Source of the DNA: Fibrobacter sp.
GTDB taxonomy: Bacteria; Fibrobacterota; Fibrobacteria; Fibrobacterales; Fibrobacteraceae
Direction: 5' to 3'
Assembly: GCA_024399015.1 (NCBI GenBank)
Contig: JAKSIC010000002.1
Location: 68,732-132,731 of the forward strand
DNA length: 64,000 nt
Shown: in pieces, positions 18,058-28,042 of the stretch
Numbering within the stretch: the stretch's first letter is position 1
Layout: each line of letters opens with the position of its first letter
Program-made: the position numbers and the translations under genes
The notes under the pieces: generated by a model
What the model was told of the DNA's origin: nothing
Seen by the model: the letters and a program-made list of their open reading frames with translations, nothing else
Database searches by the model: none

Positions 18058-21000
18058 TTGAAAAAACTCACTTCAACATTTGCAGGAACAACCTTTATCG
18101 TAATGGTTGTGGTTGGCGCCATTGCCCTTGGCGTCTGGTTTTGTCGTGAGTTCATCGAAAGATTTCTAGCCACCCCACACACGGTCGCAGGGGTTACAAT
18201 TTCTCCCTATGGCCATAAAATGGACGGTCTCCTTACCCACTCTTTTGACTCTGTCAAAGTGGAAATGGACGGCACCACCATCCGCGTCACAAAGCCTGTT
18301 CTCGACGTGACCATTCTGGGCGAAACCAAGGGCGTCGCGCTGAACCTGGATACCGTCGACGCATACATCCAATTGCCCGAAGACGACCCCAAGAGCAAAA
18401 AGAAGGCCGACAAGAAGACTTCACAAGAGGCCGCAAGTACGCCTGCAGTTCCAGAAGACTTGAAGTTCCCTGTTCCTGTGAAAGTCGGTGTGGCACAAGC
18501 AAACGTTCAGTTGTCCAACAACATGAAATGGAACGTCTCCCAACTGGAGGTCCAGAGCAAGGGAAAAACAGCTGCGGGTGTTTCCATTAAGCAGGTCAGT
18601 GGCGACTACATTTCCAGTCCTGCATCTGTGAAACTTGACGCCGATTTCGGAAGCGACAAACTTAAAGCCAACGCCAGCGTAAAAACAGCCAAGGATTCTG
18701 TCATTGTCCAGGTTGATGCACCCAAGAACAACCTGACCAAGTTTAGCACCAACACGAACGTAACGGTAAACGATCCTACGAAATGGATCCCCTTCGATTT
18801 GCCTGATGGAATTCCAGGCATCGGCAAGCTAGATGTTTCTGTAAAAGCGGACCTGGACACAAAGAAGGAAACCGCCAAGTACAACGCAACGATCAAGACT
18901 CACATCGGCGAGTTCTGGCCACTGGAAGCGGAAGACGTGGTCATCAAGTTAAAAGGCGACCAGAACAACATCAACACAGACATTTCCATGAGCAACGGTG
19001 AAGGCGGTTCAATCCACTTCAGCGGCGACTTCGATAAGAATCTGGACGGAACTTTCGAAGCCCAAGTGCAGCACATGAGTGCCAAGTTCGGTCCGCAGAT
19101 TATGCCCTTGGATGTGGAAATCACGTCTGCCGAAAAACGGGGAAACGTCATTGATGCGAAACTTGAAACAAGGCAAGGTTCACGCATTGATGCTCACTTA
19201 GATTTCAACGATTCATTGATGATCACCTTTGTGGGCGACGTCGCAACGTACGAACCTTGGGCCCTAGACTGGACTCACGGAAACGTTGTTCTAAAGAAGC
19301 CAAAGATGTTCGGATCCTTTGATATGCACAAACTTCGCGTGCTGGCAAAGTTCGACACCATCCCTTTCGCCTACCATATGACAGCGGACTCCGCACAGGT
19401 GATGCTGGAACTCGACACAAAAGGAATCATATTCACCAATTGCATCCTGTACACACCGAAGGAAACATTCGATTTTGACGGAGACGTTATGTGGGGAACA
19501 GAAGACCCACACACCTCCTGGAACGTAACCCAGCGCCACGGTGGCAAGGCAAGCGTCTACATCGGCTTGGACGACACCTTATTCCTCGACGCCAAAGCAA
19601 ACCACGCAGTCATTGGAACAATTCCTTTCGCAGACATCAAGCTTAGCGAAAAAATCAACGGTAACATCACTGGCCACTGGCACCAAGACTTTGACAACAA
19701 CATCGGTGCGGCAGAACTTTCCGCCGAAGGCGAACTGGATGCATTCAAGGTCGCTGGCGACATTGTTGTCCGTCAAAACGGAGACACCATTTTCATCGAT
19801 GACGCAATCGCCACCCAGAGTAAGAACTCTGTACAAGGTAGCGCAGCCATCGTGTTACCCAACGATTCAAACCCCAATTTCAAGCCCACCAGTTTCTTGC
19901 CCATACAAGTTCTACACGCCTGGGTTTCTTCCAAGGAATTCAGTATTCCATTGTTGCTAGAACCTTTGAACGATAGCACCTTGGCCTCGGGTCTTATCAC
20001 CGGCGAATTGGCCTACAACGAAGGCGAAGGACTTATCGGCAATCTTGATTTCAAGGACATCGCGTTTACAAACATTTCCAAGAATTTCTTCAACATCAAG
20101 AAAATGAGCGCTTTTGCTGAAGGCGACAAGGTTGAGCTTAATTCCTACCTAGATATTGGTAACGGTGGTTGGGCAGGTAACACACAAATTATCCTAGACC
20201 ACATCTTTAGTGACAAGCACCATCTCAGTTTCTCTCATGGAAGCGATAACGGCGGTACACTATGGGCAGAAGGATACTTTGACAACAGTTTAATGTTCAA
20301 CGGAACGGTGGACGCCAATGGTTCATGGTATATTCCGAAGACCATTAGTGAAATTCAAAACACCGACCTGCATATTGATATTGCTGCTGACCTGACAAAG
20401 GGTCTAAAAGGAATCGTTGCAGACATTCGCTCTGATTCCACAAAGTATCAGCCGCCCAAGATGAACCTGAAGATTCCGCTTCATCTCCGCGGACATCTTG
20501 AAGATGGTCTTGTCAACATCAGCGAAGCCGGCACCATTAACGAAAAGGGCGAAGCTATCAACGCCACAATCCGATTCAACTTGGATAGCATGAAGTTGGA
20601 AGCAGTCGATGTCGTATCCGAGAAATATTCAATTGACTTAGGTAGCAGTTCTTTGACTTTACAGGGAATCAAGGGACATCTCGAAGATCGTGAAAACGAC
20701 CTCTACGTTTCCGCAAACATTCCTCAAATTTCATTTGTAATGAATGACGACTTGTACGGCAAGGCCGAAGCCCTGGCCCATGGTGATGTTGGTTTCAGCA
20801 TTCCCCACAGCGAAGAAGGCGTCATCATCAACAATACCATTACAGGCAACATTCTCATCGACAAGTTGGTTTACTACAAGGATTTCAGCATTGAAGTCAC
20901 GCCGACATCCTTGGACAAGTACCTTACCACGCTGAACAACTACATCACGAAACTTCGTAAGAAAGAAGTTCAGGAAGAAAAGCTTTCCACCGCAAGCCCC

Positions 21001-21975
21001 ATCAACCTCGCGGTTCACATTAGCGACACGCAGAACGACTCCATCGCCATCGTAACGCCAGTGGCCACATTCCCGCTGACCATCGACCTCTGGGCTCTGG
21101 GCAACACCACAAGACCGTTGCTCCGTGGTGACGTTGCAAACACGAACTCCGGCTTCATCGGCATTAAGGATATTTACGAATTCACCTTGAACGCATTCCA
21201 GATTTCCTGGAACGATGTTCCCTGGCAACACGGCGTCATCGATGTAAACAGCAGCCAGGATCTTCCCTACTGTACAGAAACTAGCGATAACGAAAAAGAA
21301 ACTTGCCCCATCAATCTTGATGTGCAGGGAACCATTACCAACCCGCAGCTTATACCGTCTTCAAACTGCGGTATGGAATCTTCTGCCGCAATTTACTACA
21401 ACATCTTCCTCGGTTGTATCGCAGACGATAGCGGTGAATCCACCGACTGGAACGAACTTGCTGGTAAAGCAATCGGTAAGGTTATTTCTACCACAGCAAA
21501 CAAGACTCTTGGCGGCGACTACATCGGTGATATCGAAATGAAGGTGATGTTGTTCGAAAACACCTCCATGAACGACAAGGACTCCAGTTTCGTGAAGGTG
21601 CCTATTTCCCTGGATCGCTGGGTCAAGAACTTGAGCCTTATCTTCGGTTACACCCAAGACCAGAGCGAAAACCCCACTTACGACCAGGCTCTTCAATTCG
21701 GTGTGAACTACACGCTGCCGTTCTTCCAGGAAGAAGAGTTCTCTCACAAGAACCATATCTCCCCCACCCTTTCCTTGAACGCATTGCTCATATCCAAGCA
21801 ATATCTGACCAACACAGGTACCGAAGGTAACGGCAACCGAGTAGAAAAGAACGTCGGTATTAACTACGTTTACCGTTACTGGAACCCTTGTCTGCTGGGA
21901 CTTGGTAAATGCGAAGACGCAGAAGAATCAGAAAAGACTCAAGAATCATCAAAAACTGAGGAGGAAAAGAAATGA
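18058..21975 (+). CDS. tamB: Translocation and assembly module TamB-like protein
   Basis: ~1300 aa, one N-terminal TM anchor, long beta-rich body, C-terminal LRGDV..FTL..ISW; 4-bp overlap with an Omp85 gene. Start moved to in-frame TTG 18058 (ORF track starts at 17977). Confidence 0.7.
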   Translation: MKKLTSTFAGTTFIVMVVVGAIALGVWFCREFIERFLATPHTVAGVTISPYGHKMDGLLTHSFDSVKVEMDGTTIRVTKPVLDVTILGETKGVALNLDTVDAYIQLPEDDPKSKKKADKKTSQEAASTPAVPEDLKFPVPVKVGVAQANVQLSNNMKWNVSQLEVQSKGKTAAGVSIKQVSGDYISSPASVKLDADFGSDKLKANASVKTAKDSVIVQVDAPKNNLTKFSTNTNVTVNDPTKWIPFDLPDGIPGIGKLDVSVKADLDTKKETAKYNATIKTHIGEFWPLEAEDVVIKLKGDQNNINTDISMSNGEGGSIHFSGDFDKNLDGTFEAQVQHMSAKFGPQIMPLDVEITSAEKRGNVIDAKLETRQGSRIDAHLDFNDSLMITFVGDVATYEPWALDWTHGNVVLKKPKMFGSFDMHKLRVLAKFDTIPFAYHMTADSAQVMLELDTKGIIFTNCILYTPKETFDFDGDVMWGTEDPHTSWNVTQRHGGKASVYIGLDDTLFLDAKANHAVIGTIPFADIKLSEKINGNITGHWHQDFDNNIGAAELSAEGELDAFKVAGDIVVRQNGDTIFIDDAIATQSKNSVQGSAAIVLPNDSNPNFKPTSFLPIQVLHAWVSSKEFSIPLLLEPLNDSTLASGLITGELAYNEGEGLIGNLDFKDIAFTNISKNFFNIKKMSAFAEGDKVELNSYLDIGNGGWAGNTQIILDHIFSDKHHLSFSHGSDNGGTLWAEGYFDNSLMFNGTVDANGSWYIPKTISEIQNTDLHIDIAADLTKGLKGIVADIRSDSTKYQPPKMNLKIPLHLRGHLEDGLVNISEAGTINEKGEAINATIRFNLDSMKLEAVDVVSEKYSIDLGSSSLTLQGIKGHLEDRENDLYVSANIPQISFVMNDDLYGKAEALAHGDVGFSIPHSEEGVIINNTITGNILIDKLVYYKDFSIEVTPTSLDKYLTTLNNYITKLRKKEVQEEKLSTASPINLAVHISDTQNDSIAIVTPVATFPLTIDLWALGNTTRPLLRGDVANTNSGFIGIKDIYEFTLNAFQISWNDVPWQHGVIDVNSSQDLPYCTETSDNEKETCPINLDVQGTITNPQLIPSSNCGMESSAAIYYNIFLGCIADDSGESTDWNELAGKAIGKVISTTANKTLGGDYIGDIEMKVMLFENTSMNDKDSSFVKVPISLDRWVKNLSLIFGYTQDQSENPTYDQALQFGVNYTLPFFQEEEFSHKNHISPTLSLNALLISKQYLTNTGTEGNGNRVEKNVGINYVYRYWNPCLLGLGKCEDAEESEKTQESSKTEEEKK

Positions 21976-23855
21976 AGCGACTCCTAGTTTTACTTATGGT
22001 TTTTGTGGCGTTACTGTTCGCAGATGAAACAGGCAAGCATCCTTGGCGCATTGAAATTAACGGTAATAAGGCGTTCTCTAGTTTCCAGCTGGAAGAACAG
22101 TTGGATGTTCCCGATGGTTTCAGTCAGATGGACACCACCAAGCAGGATTTCTTGATGCGTCTTTCTATGGAAAACATCAAGGCTCTGTACTTCTCTCGTG
22201 GCTACTACAGTCTTGACATCGTTCTTGACATTAAGCGCGAATACGTTGGTCAGGACACCATCCGCACAAACTACGTCTTTGACATCCGTGACGGCAAGCG
22301 TTATCGTTTCAGCGGAGTAAAGTTGAACATGCCGGAAAACAGCAAGGTCGACATTGAAAATTCCGACCTTAACGTTTCCAAAAAGCGTTTCTACAATCAC
22401 GAGGACATTTCCGAGGACTTGCAAGCTGTACAACAGGCTTTCCGCAAGGAAGGATTCCTCCATGCATACGTTTCCTCTGTTGAAAAAATCGATACCACCA
22501 AGAAAAAGATTTTCGTTGAAATCAATGTTACTCCCGGCGCCAAGGTGATGATGGGCAGCATGGTTAGCCAAACCATGCGAACCCCCAGCAGCAATCTTTC
22601 TACGGAACAAAACAACGAAGCCGGCCTTACAGACACCGCATGGCTTTCTTCTCTCTGGAAAATTCCAAAGGGAGAAACAATCGACGGTGACCAGTACAAT
22701 TCTTTCAAGTCGAAACTTTTCTCCACCCAGCTGTTTACGCAAATCAAACTGACAGACTCTCTTCGTGAAGATGGTCTCTCCGACGTCCATATGACCGTGA
22801 GAGAACGTATTCCTGGAGAACTGCACTATGGTTTCTTCTTTGAAGAAATCTACGGATTCGGAGCTCAAGCTAGCGTTAAGCACAAGAACTTCTTCGGCAA
22901 GTTCAACGAATTCTACGGCAACTTCATGCTGGCACAACACAAGCAGGAAATGTCCATCGGTTACGCCAACCCGTTGCTTTTCGGGACATCATTCAGTTTC
23001 ATTCCTACAGCTATTCGTTTTGAAGACCGATTGACTTTAAACCACGAAAAGATTACTCCCCCCGCCTACCCCGACAGCATCGAAGAACGATACGAAATCA
23101 TTAACCGTGCGGACTTGACCTTCGGCCTTTCAAAACACATACGATTCCGCGGAACTCTTGACACCCGTTACGTGAACAAGATGATTGACAAGATGTTCAA
23201 GCTGAAGGGCGAAATTGCATTGACCTTTGACTACACCAACGACTACTTCAACCCCACAAAGGGAATCCGACTTGCACCGACCTTTGGCGCGGGCACCAAC
23301 TGGGATGGAGACAACTGGAAGGAACTAGCCATGTTTGGTGACCCGTACACTTACGGCGAAGTCACCACGAATTTATACTTTCCTCTTTTCTCGACATTCA
23401 ACGGAGCTGTTAGCGGCAGCGCTGGTAGATTCTTTGCTAAAGCAAGTGATGACGATGCCCGAGTATTTTACCAAGGCGGATCAAGATCCGTGAGAGGTTA
23501 CCGTTTCCGCAGTATCTACGCAAGTTATACATCAACAGACGAAGATGGCAAAGAAGTCATCAACACCGGTCTCACCCCCACATACGTGCGATTCAACCAG
23601 GAAATTCGTTGGAGTCTCCCCTGGAAGTCCGTACAGCAATGGCAAATCGTCCAGTTCTATGACTGGACAAAAATCATGGATGAAGATCCGGCATACAAGA
23701 CCGCCACAAACGAAAGCTTCGGTTTAGGCATTCGTTACCGTTGGCAGTTCCTGACGTTCCGTCTGGACTATGCTTTCAAGAAGAATTTGACCGACTGGAG
23801 TCCAGAAGGATTCGACTGGGGACGATTCGCATTCGACCTTTCCCAGACCTTCTAA
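21972..23855 (+). CDS. tamA: Omp85 family (TamA/BamA-like) outer membrane protein
   Basis: POTRA repeats (IEINGNKAFS, YFSRGYY, FRKEGFL), loop-6 FYQGGSRSVRGY, FRLDYA, terminal LSQTF. Confidence 0.85.
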   Translation: MKRLLVLLMVFVALLFADETGKHPWRIEINGNKAFSSFQLEEQLDVPDGFSQMDTTKQDFLMRLSMENIKALYFSRGYYSLDIVLDIKREYVGQDTIRTNYVFDIRDGKRYRFSGVKLNMPENSKVDIENSDLNVSKKRFYNHEDISEDLQAVQQAFRKEGFLHAYVSSVEKIDTTKKKIFVEINVTPGAKVMMGSMVSQTMRTPSSNLSTEQNNEAGLTDTAWLSSLWKIPKGETIDGDQYNSFKSKLFSTQLFTQIKLTDSLREDGLSDVHMTVRERIPGELHYGFFFEEIYGFGAQASVKHKNFFGKFNEFYGNFMLAQHKQEMSIGYANPLLFGTSFSFIPTAIRFEDRLTLNHEKITPPAYPDSIEERYEIINRADLTFGLSKHIRFRGTLDTRYVNKMIDKMFKLKGEIALTFDYTNDYFNPTKGIRLAPTFGAGTNWDGDNWKELAMFGDPYTYGEVTTNLYFPLFSTFNGAVSGSAGRFFAKASDDDARVFYQGGSRSVRGYRFRSIYASYTSTDEDGKEVINTGLTPTYVRFNQEIRWSLPWKSVQQWQIVQFYDWTKIMDEDPAYKTATNESFGLGIRYRWQFLTFRLDYAFKKNLTDWSPEGFDWGRFAFDLSQTF

Positions 23856-23873
23856 AGTCTAGGCTTTGCAAAC

Positions 23874-24728
23874 TCAGGTGTTGCGAACCATTTTCTGATA
23901 CAGTTCAGACAAACCACTCTTAGCCACATCAATAGAGCTAAGCGGCAGCCCTGCCGCAGCTAGAGCAGACTTCACCTGTTCAATGGAAACAGAGCCATCA
24001 AACTTCAGGTTCATAGCTCCTGCGCATTCCGTTTCATCCTGTTTAGGTTTTACAGAACCAGAATCCAAAACCTTACCATTATTGATAATGGCGTAATCAG
24101 TAGCCTCAGCTTCCATTTCAGCAAGAATGTGGGAGCAGACAATGGCTGTACCGCCTTCTTCCCTACGCCAATCAGAAATCATGGACCAGACCACTTCTCG
24201 GGAAAGAGGATCAAGGTTTGCCACCGGTTCATCCAAAATCAAAAGCTTCGGATTGGGCAGCATTGCCCGCAAAACTTGAACCTTCTGGCGATTGCCCAGA
24301 GAAAGAGAGGAAATCTTTACGGACAAGGAAGGTAATTCCAACTTTTTGGCCAAAGTTTCCATTCGATCACGAATCATTTTCTGCTTGCTAGATCCAGATT
24401 CACCAAAGCCGTAAAAGCCTGCGAAATAGTCCAGGTATTCCGCCACAGAAAGCTTCGGATAAATGCCGGGATTTTCAAGAAGAACTCCGTAATTTTCCGG
24501 ATTCAGAAAACCATTTTTTGCGACGTAGGATTCCGCAATTTCAATCTTGCCGGTAAAGCCACAGAAACGACCGCACAACAAACGAAGCAAAGTAGTCTTA
24601 CCTGCACCATTAGGGCCAAGCAACGCAAAAAAGCTTCCTTGAGGAATTTCTAGGGACATATCCGAAAGAGCCCACTTACTGGAACCCGGATAGCGGTAGG
24701 AAACCTTGTCTAGCTTGATTACGTTCAT
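23874..24728 (-). CDS. ABC transporter ATP-binding protein (CcmA-like)
   Basis: GPNGAGKTT, LSLGNRQKV, LILDEPVANLD, CSHIL. Confidence 0.92.
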   Translation of the reverse strand: MNVIKLDKVSYRYPGSSKWALSDMSLEIPQGSFFALLGPNGAGKTTLLRLLCGRFCGFTGKIEIAESYVAKNGFLNPENYGVLLENPGIYPKLSVAEYLDYFAGFYGFGESGSSKQKMIRDRMETLAKKLELPSLSVKISSLSLGNRQKVQVLRAMLPNPKLLILDEPVANLDPLSREVVWSMISDWRREEGGTAIVCSHILAEMEAEATDYAIINNGKVLDSGSVKPKQDETECAGAMNLKFDGSVSIEQVKSALAAAGLPLSSIDVAKSGLSELYQKMVRNT

Positions 24729-24769
24729 ATCTCCGAATATAGAAATTGCGGTAAGGAAGAAACAAGAGA

Positions 24770-24808
24770 AAAAAAACGCCTTGCAGTTTTACTGCTAGGC
24801 GTTTTTTT
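24770..24808 (-). terminator. Intrinsic terminator downstream of glyA
   Basis: A-run, ACGCCTTGCAG-TTTTA-CTGCTAGGCGT, T-run. Confidence 0.75.
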
Positions 24809-24902
24809 AATTATGAATTATGAATTACGAATTACTAGACTAAACCAGGCGGCTCCGCCGCGTTTATCTTATCTCGTAAATCGTACTTCGTAATCGGTAA
24901 TT
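24809..24902. repeat. Inverted heptamer arrays around a GGCGG-CT-CCGCC core, no gene inside
   Basis: Left AATTATG AATTATG AATTACG AATTACT (24809-24836); core 24848-24859; right CGTAAAT CGTACTT CGTAATC GGTAATT (24875-24902). Confidence 0.75.
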
Positions 24903-24925
24903 ACAAGTAATTTCTCTTCGAGAAA

Positions 24926-26209
24926 TTACTTGTAAAGCGGGTGCTTCTTGCAGAGGTCGATGATTTCCTGACGGATAGCCTTCAGGCCTTCTTCGTTGTC
25001 CTTGTTCTGGATGCAACGGTCGATGATCTGAGCCACCAGGCGGGAATCGTTTTCGTCGAAGCCGCGGGTAGTGATGGCTGCGGTGCCAAGACGTACGCCG
25101 GACGGATCCATGGGCTTACGAGTGTCGAACGGAATGGTAGAACGGCTGCAGGAGATGCCAACCTTTTCCATAGCAACTTCGGCATCCTTACCACCGATGC
25201 CCTTGGAAGTCATGTCCACAACCATGAGGTGGTTGTCAGTACCGTCGGAAATGATCTTGTAGCCAAGCTTCATCAGTTCGTCGGCCATGGCCTTTGCGTT
25301 CTTGATGATGTTCTGGGCATAAGCCTGGAATTCCGGCTGGAGAGCTTCGAGGAATGCAACAGCCTTACCAGCGTTGATGTGGTCATGGGGACCACCCTGC
25401 ATACCCGGGAACAGACCTGCGTCGATTGCCTTGGGCAGGGAGACTTCCTTTTCTTCGCCCTTGACAATCTTCTTGATCATCTTGTCCTTGCACATAATGA
25501 TTGCAGAACGGGGACCGCGGAGAGTCTTATGGGTGGTGGTGGTGACGATATCGAAGTAGGGAACCGGAGATTCGATTGCCTTACCAGCGATGAGGCCAGC
25601 AACGTGAGAAATGTCTGCCATGGTGAGAGCGCCAACTTCGTCGGCGATTTCCTTGAACTTCTTCCAATCGAGGTTGCGGCTGTAAGCGGAGAAGCCAGCG
25701 AGGATCATGCGGGGCTTTTCGCGGAGAGCGATTTCACGGACCTTGTCCATGTCGATGCGGCCAGTTTCCTTATCCACTTCGTACTGGACGAAGTTGTAGA
25801 GCATGCCGGAGAAGTTCACCGGATGGCCGTGAGAAAGATGTCCACCGTGATCGAGCTTGAGGCCAAGGACCTTGTCACCCGGCTTGAGGACGCCCATGTA
25901 AACAGCAGCGTTTGCCGGAGAACCGGAAAGGGGCTGGATGTTTGCGTGGTCGCAACCAAAGAGCTGCTTGCAGCGTTCGATGGCGAGAGCTTCCATCTTG
26001 TCGATCACTTCGTTACCACCGTAGTAGCGCTTGCCAACGTAGCCTTCGCTGTACTTGTTGGTCAGCACGGAGCCCATAGCTTCCATGACGGCCTTGGAGG
26101 TGTAATTTTCGGAGGCGATCAATTCGATGCCATATTCCTGACGTTCGGCTTCTTCCTTAATGATGTCAAAGATAGCCGGATCGGTCTGCTGCAGAGTAGA
26201 TTTAAGCAT
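24926..26209 (-). CDS. glyA: Serine hydroxymethyltransferase
   Basis: LIASENY, NKYSEGY, GGHLSHG, TTTTHKTLRGPR, SGVRLGT. Confidence 0.98.
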   Translation of the reverse strand: MLKSTLQQTDPAIFDIIKEEAERQEYGIELIASENYTSKAVMEAMGSVLTNKYSEGYVGKRYYGGNEVIDKMEALAIERCKQLFGCDHANIQPLSGSPANAAVYMGVLKPGDKVLGLKLDHGGHLSHGHPVNFSGMLYNFVQYEVDKETGRIDMDKVREIALREKPRMILAGFSAYSRNLDWKKFKEIADEVGALTMADISHVAGLIAGKAIESPVPYFDIVTTTTHKTLRGPRSAIIMCKDKMIKKIVKGEEKEVSLPKAIDAGLFPGMQGGPHDHINAGKAVAFLEALQPEFQAYAQNIIKNAKAMADELMKLGYKIISDGTDNHLMVVDMTSKGIGGKDAEVAMEKVGISCSRSTIPFDTRKPMDPSGVRLGTAAITTRGFDENDSRLVAQIIDRCIQNKDNEEGLKAIRQEIIDLCKKHPLYK

Positions 26210-26307
26210 TATTAGCTCCTTGAAGTTTACGAGCGTAAAGATAGCATTTTAAGGCCGTTTTTTAAAGATTTTTGGCGAATTTAGCCCATTTTCGCCAATT
26301 CATTTTA

Positions 26308-26332
26308 TAACTCATTGATTATCAACGAGTTA
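26308..26332. promoter_or_regulatory. 25-bp palindrome, copy 2
   Basis: TAACTCATTGA-TTA-TCAACGAGTTA. Confidence 0.6.
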
Positions 26333-26367
26333 CAAAATCAGCAGTTCTTAAACTTTTTCAATAAACC

Positions 26368-27942
26368 TTACAGTTCGTAGATTTCAGAATACTTAGCTTC
26401 CAGATAATCCAGGAAATCGTCAGGAGTGAAATCGCGGCCGGTAATCTGGCGGATCCAATCCTTGGGAGCTTCACGATCAGCTCGGGCCCAGACATTTTCC
26501 TTCATCCAGCCATTAATCTTGGCAAAGTCTCCTTTGAGCACCGCGGCGGACAAATCAAATTCGGAATTCATCTTGTTATAATACATGGCGTTGTACATGT
26601 TGCCCAGGGCATAGGTGGGGAAATAGCCGAATCCGCTGGTCCAATGGACATCCTGGAGAACGCCTTCTGCATCATTGGAAGGTTCAATACCCAGATATTC
26701 CTTGTACTTTGCGTTCCAGATTTTCGGCAGGTCCGCAATGTTCACCGGTTCGCCATTTTCTGCGCCGTTCACAATCATCTTCTCGATTTCATAACGGATA
26801 ATCACGTGGAAGGTATAGGTGAATTCGTCAGCCTCGGTTCGGATAAGGCTGGGCGTTACCGTATTCATGGCCTCGTAGAATTCCTGTTCCGTCACATCGC
26901 AGAACACGTTGGGGAACAGTTCCTTGCACTTGGGGAAAATCAAGCGGATGAATTCCTTGCTGCGGCCAATGCGATTCTCATAGAAACGGCTGGTAGACTC
27001 GTGCATGCCCATGGTCTTGTTGTATTCAATAAAGTGGCTGAAGTTTTCCGCCGGCTGGTTCTGTTCGAACAAGGCGTGACCACCTTCGTGAATAATGCTG
27101 AACATGCTAGAATAGAAAGCAGTAGGATAATAATGGGTCGTTACGCGAACGTCATTCTTACCCGGTTCCGTGGTAAAGGGATGTTCCGCCGTAGAGAAAG
27201 CTCCGCGATTAAAATCAAAGCCCATCACATCAAGCAAATACTTGGCCATTTCCTTCTGGGCCTCATCGGTAACAGGGCGGCTCAGGAAATCGGTACGAAT
27301 CTTTTTCTTGCTGGCCATGATGCGCTTAAGCAGCGGAACCAAGCGTTCCTTGCAGCGATTGAAAGCCATATCAAGATCAGCACAAGTGAGCCCGCGTTCA
27401 TAGCCACCGAAAATGGTATCATACGGAGTGGCTTCACGATTTCCGTGCAGGGATTCAGCCTGAAGCTGTGCGGTACGCACCTCCCCCAGGGACTTTTCAA
27501 AAAGACCGAAGTCCTTTGCCTTTTTGGCGTTAATCCAGTTCACAAAGGCGCGGTTATAAATCTGGGAATGTTCCAACTGCATTTCTGCAGAAATGTTCTT
27601 TTCACGGGCAAAATCACGCTGAAGACTTTCCGCAAGGGCTCGGTCAAATTCTGCGGCAACCTCGGGCGATTCGCCAGAAGCAGCATCGCCGCAAACGTCT
27701 GCAGTCAATCCATCACGATGGTCATAAATATACTGGCAAGCATCAATATAAGCCTGATCCTTCTGCAAAGCAAAGGCCTTGTTGCCAAGGAAAGCCGCCA
27801 CATCACCTTCCTCTTCCATACCTGCGGAAGGGCAAATGGTTTGTTGGTCAAAACCTAAAACGGTAGAAGCCTGATTATAAATACGGACTTCCTTGAGAAC
27901 CTTTTTAACCAAGGACAAAGCTGATTTCAATTCTTCACTCAT
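26368..27942 (-). CDS. Carboxypeptidase, peptidase family M32
   Basis: HPFT, DVRVTT, IIHEGGHAL, HESTSRFYEN, LIRTEADE, GVLQDVHW, YFPTYALGN; start set at ATG 27942. Confidence 0.95.
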   Translation of the reverse strand: MSEELKSALSLVKKVLKEVRIYNQASTVLGFDQQTICPSAGMEEEGDVAAFLGNKAFALQKDQAYIDACQYIYDHRDGLTADVCGDAASGESPEVAAEFDRALAESLQRDFAREKNISAEMQLEHSQIYNRAFVNWINAKKAKDFGLFEKSLGEVRTAQLQAESLHGNREATPYDTIFGGYERGLTCADLDMAFNRCKERLVPLLKRIMASKKKIRTDFLSRPVTDEAQKEMAKYLLDVMGFDFNRGAFSTAEHPFTTEPGKNDVRVTTHYYPTAFYSSMFSIIHEGGHALFEQNQPAENFSHFIEYNKTMGMHESTSRFYENRIGRSKEFIRLIFPKCKELFPNVFCDVTEQEFYEAMNTVTPSLIRTEADEFTYTFHVIIRYEIEKMIVNGAENGEPVNIADLPKIWNAKYKEYLGIEPSNDAEGVLQDVHWTSGFGYFPTYALGNMYNAMYYNKMNSEFDLSAAVLKGDFAKINGWMKENVWARADREAPKDWIRQITGRDFTPDDFLDYLEAKYSEIYEL

Positions 27943-28006
27943 AATTTCACTCTTTTTATTTTCGTGGAACGCGCTATTTCTTGAAACGCGCCAAACCATT
28001 TATGTC

Positions 28007-28034
28007 AAAAAGAAAGGCACGCAAAGAGCATGCC
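28007..28034 (-). terminator. Intrinsic terminator after the small membrane protein gene
   Basis: Minus strand GGCATGC-TCTTT-GCGTGCC-TTTCTTTTT. Confidence 0.65.
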
Positions 28035-28042
28035 AACTTTCG

